Source: Octopus sinensis (Eukaryota). Taken from it: a DNA stretch of 64,000 nucleotides. The translations under genes were made by a program, and so were the position numbers. The stretch's first letter is position 1, and every line of letters starts with the position of its first letter. Positions 59,335 to 64,000 of this stretch are shown here, piece after piece. The notes beneath the pieces were generated by a model. The model was not told where the DNA came from and ran no database searches. It saw only the letters and a list, made by a program, of their open reading frames with translations. Location: positions 6,014,001 to 6,078,000 of the forward strand of contig NC_043021.1 of the NCBI RefSeq assembly GCF_006345805.1, written 5' to 3'.

Positions 59335-61483
59335 TATACACACACACACACATAAATATAAACTGTTTAATGAATATACATGAAGTTATATTACACTGAT
59401 GATTTCTAAAAACGAATCATGTATAGTGCTATACATGATTACAACTCACTAGAAATTTTTAGAACTTTGTCATAACAAAATGATAGATATGTGTATTCTG
59501 TGCATCATTTTCCTTACAATTGGTGCTGCCACCTACAGTTGTTTTCAGAGTAAGAGAGGGAGAGAAAGAGAGTTTACTAAGAAATAGAAGAGAAGGTGAA
59601 GATTCCCTCTAAGGGGAGAGAACTGCTTCAAGATTTATAATTTCTGTCTTTTTCATAACCATCGGAGAACAAAGTGCTCTTCATGAACTCTGTTTATGAG
59701 ATGGTTCTGATCTGTAAACAATTTTGAGCAGGAACTGGTAAAAGAGGAATGAACACACAATGCACACTGAATTTGTAAAACGGAAGGGAAGAATACAAAG
59801 AATACAAACGCTATGCGCTTGTCAAAATAAAATGGAAGAGAAGAATAAAAACACAAAGTGCATGTCAAAATAAAACGGAAGAGAAGACTACAAATGCAAT
59901 GTCAAACAAGCTATATGATGGTCTACATGCCATGTCTGATACTACAAAGATGCAGCTTCGCTTCAGTTATCTTGTTTATTATTACTTTCACTTTAGTGAA
60001 GGCAGAGGTATTGTTTTCAGTCGTGTTTGTTTGTCCATGGACAAGATATCTCAAGAATCACTGGATGGATTCAGATGAAATTTTCAGGGATGTTTGGCCT
60101 CGTGACTGGCACAAACTGATTAGATTTTGGGATTGATCCAGCACCAGACAAGGATTCTAGATTATTTTTCCTTAATTTTTGAGAGGGTGCCTTTTATGTG
60201 TCACTGGCATGGGTGACCTTTACATGTTACTGGCAAAGGTGCCTTTTACATGTCAACGGCATGGGTGTCTTTCATGTGTCCCCAGCACTGGCCACAACCA
60301 TGATTTCACTTAGCTTGATATGTCTTCTCAAGCACAGCATATCACCAGAAGTCTCAGTCACTTGTCATTTCCTGTGTGAGACACTTATCAAATCTGAAAT
60401 GATAAACAGCAAAGGTGACTTCAACAGGGTTTAAAATCAGAAGGTAAAAGACTGTGACCGAATACCATAAGCCATATTGTATGAACACTAGACCTTCATA
60501 ATTAAATCGATTCAACAGTGAACAGGTCACGGATTTTAGCGACGAAAATATTTTGACATATTAAACTTAAATGTTGAAGTGAATCGAACGGCTTTTGTGT
60601 GTTTCTTAAATGGCTTACAAACACCTTCCACGCTGCAATTGTTTTCGTTTCAGCACACGATCTCAGATCAAATTACTTGCTATGTGAGTACATCTCCGTA
60701 ATATTAATTACGTTTTTGTAAAAACAGTCAAGTAAAGACCTCCCCCACAACACCAATCATTATTTTTTCCTTTACTCTTTCAAATTCAATAATCTATAAT
60801 TGGATGGTTGGAATGGTCTATGTTCTGAAACAATTGTTCTTTACATTTGGTTAGATTTCCCTAACTTTCTACCACCAGCCTCTGCACTATGATGCAGGGA
60901 GTTAGTGGGACCTGTTTTTGTAGTTGGATGTGATCCCTTCTTGCTTGTGAACACTGAAGTATGGGAGTGATGGGATTTGCTTTCGCAGCTGGATCAAAGT
61001 CCCTTCTTACTCTTCAAACAAATTATATAACTTAAGCTCTGATGAAGGATGGAATTTTATCGAAGAAGACTTACCTCCAGGAATAAAGCATATAAGTCCA
61101 GCAATGAACAATACAACACTGTGTGATGCTGCGGAAGGAAAGAAATCAAACATCATTTATTGAAGCATTGTATTAAATAAAAACATGTTTTGTGTTTGTT
61201 TTATCTGTAGCAAGTTAGAAAAAAGTTTAATAAAAGGGAGTCGTAGTTTGCTTGAAGCATTGTATTACAGATGTAAAATAATAAATGAAATGAGAAACAA
61301 GGTAAGCATAGGTGCAGCAGTGGCTGTGTGGTAAGTAGCTTGCTTATCAACCACATGGTTCCGGGTTCAGTCCCACTGCATGGCACTTTGGGCAAGTGTC
61401 TTCTTCTATAGCCTCGGGCCGACCAAAGCCTTGTGAGTGGATTTGGTAGATGGAAACTGAAAGAAGCCTGTCGTATATATGTA

Positions 61484-61527
<44 letters not shown>

Positions 61528-63621
61528 TATATATTATTTATATATATATGTATATATATAATATATATAATATATATATCATGTTGATTCGTAGCTACTG
61601 CACGCATTTTTTTTCTCTCCTTCTTTCTGTGTTTTTTTTCTCTCTGTGTATTCTTTCGGTTGAAGAGCGTAGGCTCGAACGTAAAGACTTGTTTTATTTA
61701 TATTTCCTGAGCGCCATACTAATATACATTGTTCGTTTGTTTTCCACCTGCCTTCGTCTTTTGTCTATTTTCATAAAGCTTCCCGTTATATATATTATAT
61801 ATATATATATATATATGTGTGCTTGTGTGTCTGTGTTTGTCCCCCTAGTATTGCTTGACATCCGATGCTGGTGTGTTTACGTCCCCGTCACTTAGCGGTT
61901 CGGCAAAAGAGACCGATAGAATAAGTACTGGGCTTACAAAGAATAAGTCCCGGGGATTGATTTGCTCGACTAAAGGCGGTGCTCCAGCATGGCCGCAGTC
62001 AAATGACTGAAACAAGTAAAAGAGTAAAGAGAGAGAGAGTAAAAGGGAGTTGTAGTTTGCTTGAAGCATTGTATTACAGATGTAAAATAATAAATGAAAT
62101 GAGAAACAAGGTAAGCGTATCCCAGTGCATCTCCCTCACTATCCTCTGGGGCAACGCCTTTATCATTTTGTCTGCTGGTGCTATGAGGAACTGTGAGAGG
62201 TAAGATTCTCCATTAGAAGATAAAAGTTAGCTACATATTTGTTTATTTCACGTCATATAAATATATATATATATATGGCATATACACACATATGAATATA
62301 CATATGTATGAATATATAAACACATACATACATACATGCACATATATCTATAAAGAGATGCAAAATTTAAAGAAAAGTGGAAAGCTTCCGAAAAAGCAGA
62401 AAGTTTATAAAACCTTTATATTGAGAAACAAACTCCTAACCACACAGATGTCTGCACATTAGGTTTCACACACACACACACACACGCAAACACAGATGTG
62501 ACAGCAATAGCAGTGCCAAACAGTGTTTAGGCATAAGTGAACTTTAAGTCAGTTAAAATATGTTTGTGACATATTGTGAATTTGCCTTCACACACATATT
62601 TTAACTAACCTAAAGTTCACATCTCTTTCTCTCTATGTATGTATAAAATTTTTTTTCCGTAATAAGATAAAATATCAAGGCTGTGTAGATTTTTTATCTT
62701 ATTACGTAAAAAAAAAAAACTTTTGATATACATTTATATACACATGCTGATATATGACCTATGTTGGACCCCTTATTCGCATAATCTCAGAACCTGGAAC
62801 TTAACTATAGTCTATCCATAGCACTTACTCACCATTACCAGACACCTTTGGGTCTCACTGACACCATTACCTCTCATAACCTCTAAATATATATATATAT
62901 ATCAATATATGCATGTCTGTGGAGGCACAGTGGTTAGAGCAGCGGACTCACGGTTGAGGGATTGCGGGTTCGAATCTCAGACCGGGCGATGTGTGTGTTT
63001 ATGAGCGAAAACACCTAAGCTCCACGCAGCTCCAGCAGAAGGTAATGGCGAACTTCTGCTGACTCTTTTGCCACAACTTTCTCTCACTCTTTTCTCCTGC
63101 GTGTAGCAGCTCACCTGCGATGGACCGGCGTCCCGTCCAGGTGGGGAACCTATACGCCAAGAAACTGGCAAACCGGCCCTTATGAGCCAGGCATGGCTCG
63201 AGAAGGAACAAACATATGCATGTATGTATAAGTGTGTGTGTAGGGGTGTGTTTACAGAAAATCTCACTAACAAGGAATTGGTTATTTTGAGGCTATTGTA
63301 GAACAAACTTGTCCAAAGAATAAATACAGAGGGATCAAGCTAGACGTGAGGTGGTGATGAAGTGAAGTTAACCACATAGTCAGCGTTTGCCAGGAATGTT
63401 ACTTTGAGTATATATAATTATTATAGTTTGCCTTATGGAGTCCTTTTGTAAGAGTTATATTCTTCAGCTGCAAGCCTGGAGGAATGTGTGTCTACTAGGA
63501 AGTCTTGTTCAAAATGGTGTAGGCTTACCTTTTATTGATATGGCTACAGATAAACCTGCCAGGAGGAGCGCTGAAACAGAAATAAAACATGTGAAAATAT
63601 ACCAGTGAGTTGTATTAACAA

Positions 63622-64000
63622 CTAGCAGTATCGCCCGGCGTTGCTCAGGTTTGTAAGGGAAATAACTATAAAGCATCTTTAGAGAGTTATAGCCAAAAAA
63701 TAGCAAAAAAATGGAAAAAAAATGATGGTAAATTTTTTTTGAGATTTAAAAAAGGTGGAGTTGCGTCCCCTAGACAGTTTGTGGTTCGTGTTTCTGATTC
63801 TCGACCCCATATCGAATTTATCGATTTTTTTCAGAACTGGGGGAACTTTTCAAAATTTTCGCTGCGTTAGTTTTGAATTATGACATTGGGCTATGTGTGT
63901 GTCAAGTTTCATTAGAATCGGTTGAAAGCCGTGGTCAGAGTGAGGGTACAAGCAAACAGACACACAGAAACACGCACAGACAAACTGCCGTTTATATAGA
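63622..64000 (-). mobile_element. Non-autonomous Helitron sharing the 3' end of the 33722 element
   Basis: Minus strand begins TCTATATAAAC at 64000 and ends ...gagcaacgccgggcgatactgctag|t at 63622; the 5' body differs from the 33722 copy. Confidence 0.72.

Noticed and set aside
56000-63600. Search for a third gene upstream of LRRC71
   Set aside because: Only repeats, microsatellites and low-complexity ORFs were found, with no consistent exon chain on either strand.

Overview
Eukaryotic, intron-rich, AT-rich genomic DNA. It is most likely octopus/cephalopod; this is inferred from the dense tRNA-derived SINEs and the (AT)n/(AAT)n microsatellite landscape, not proven. Two minus-strand protein-coding genes can be rebuilt by hand from GT-AG exons with consistent phases. 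The first is a complete LRRC71-like leucine-rich-repeat gene: 16 coding exons, 51348 to 20352, 1743 nt, 580 aa, with a candidate RFX X-box in its upstream CpG-rich region. Downstream in tandem are the first 7 coding exons of POLE2 (DNA polymerase epsilon subunit 2; 15047 to 1100, continuing past the left edge), with an E2F site 8 nt upstream of its ATG. Almost all listed ORFs are spurious products of SINEs and microsatellites. The rest is mobile-element debris: several SINE families; CR1, RTE, Hero/RLE and Penelope (GIY-YIG) fragments; piggyBac-, hAT-, mariner- and Merlin-like MITEs; and two non-autonomous Helitrons. The most notable non-gene items are: a 1.9-kb foldback element with about 620-bp near-identical TIRs and an 8-bp TSD in POLE2 intron 1; a set of minimal hammerhead-ribozyme motifs (one intact) in Penelope-like fragments, several next to (TA)n tracts; a perfect 129-bp-arm palindrome; a SINE flanked by an 80-bp direct repeat; a 6 x 112-bp array of a SINE head; and an A/T-tract satellite grown inside a SINE. 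No clearly novel protein-coding system was found.
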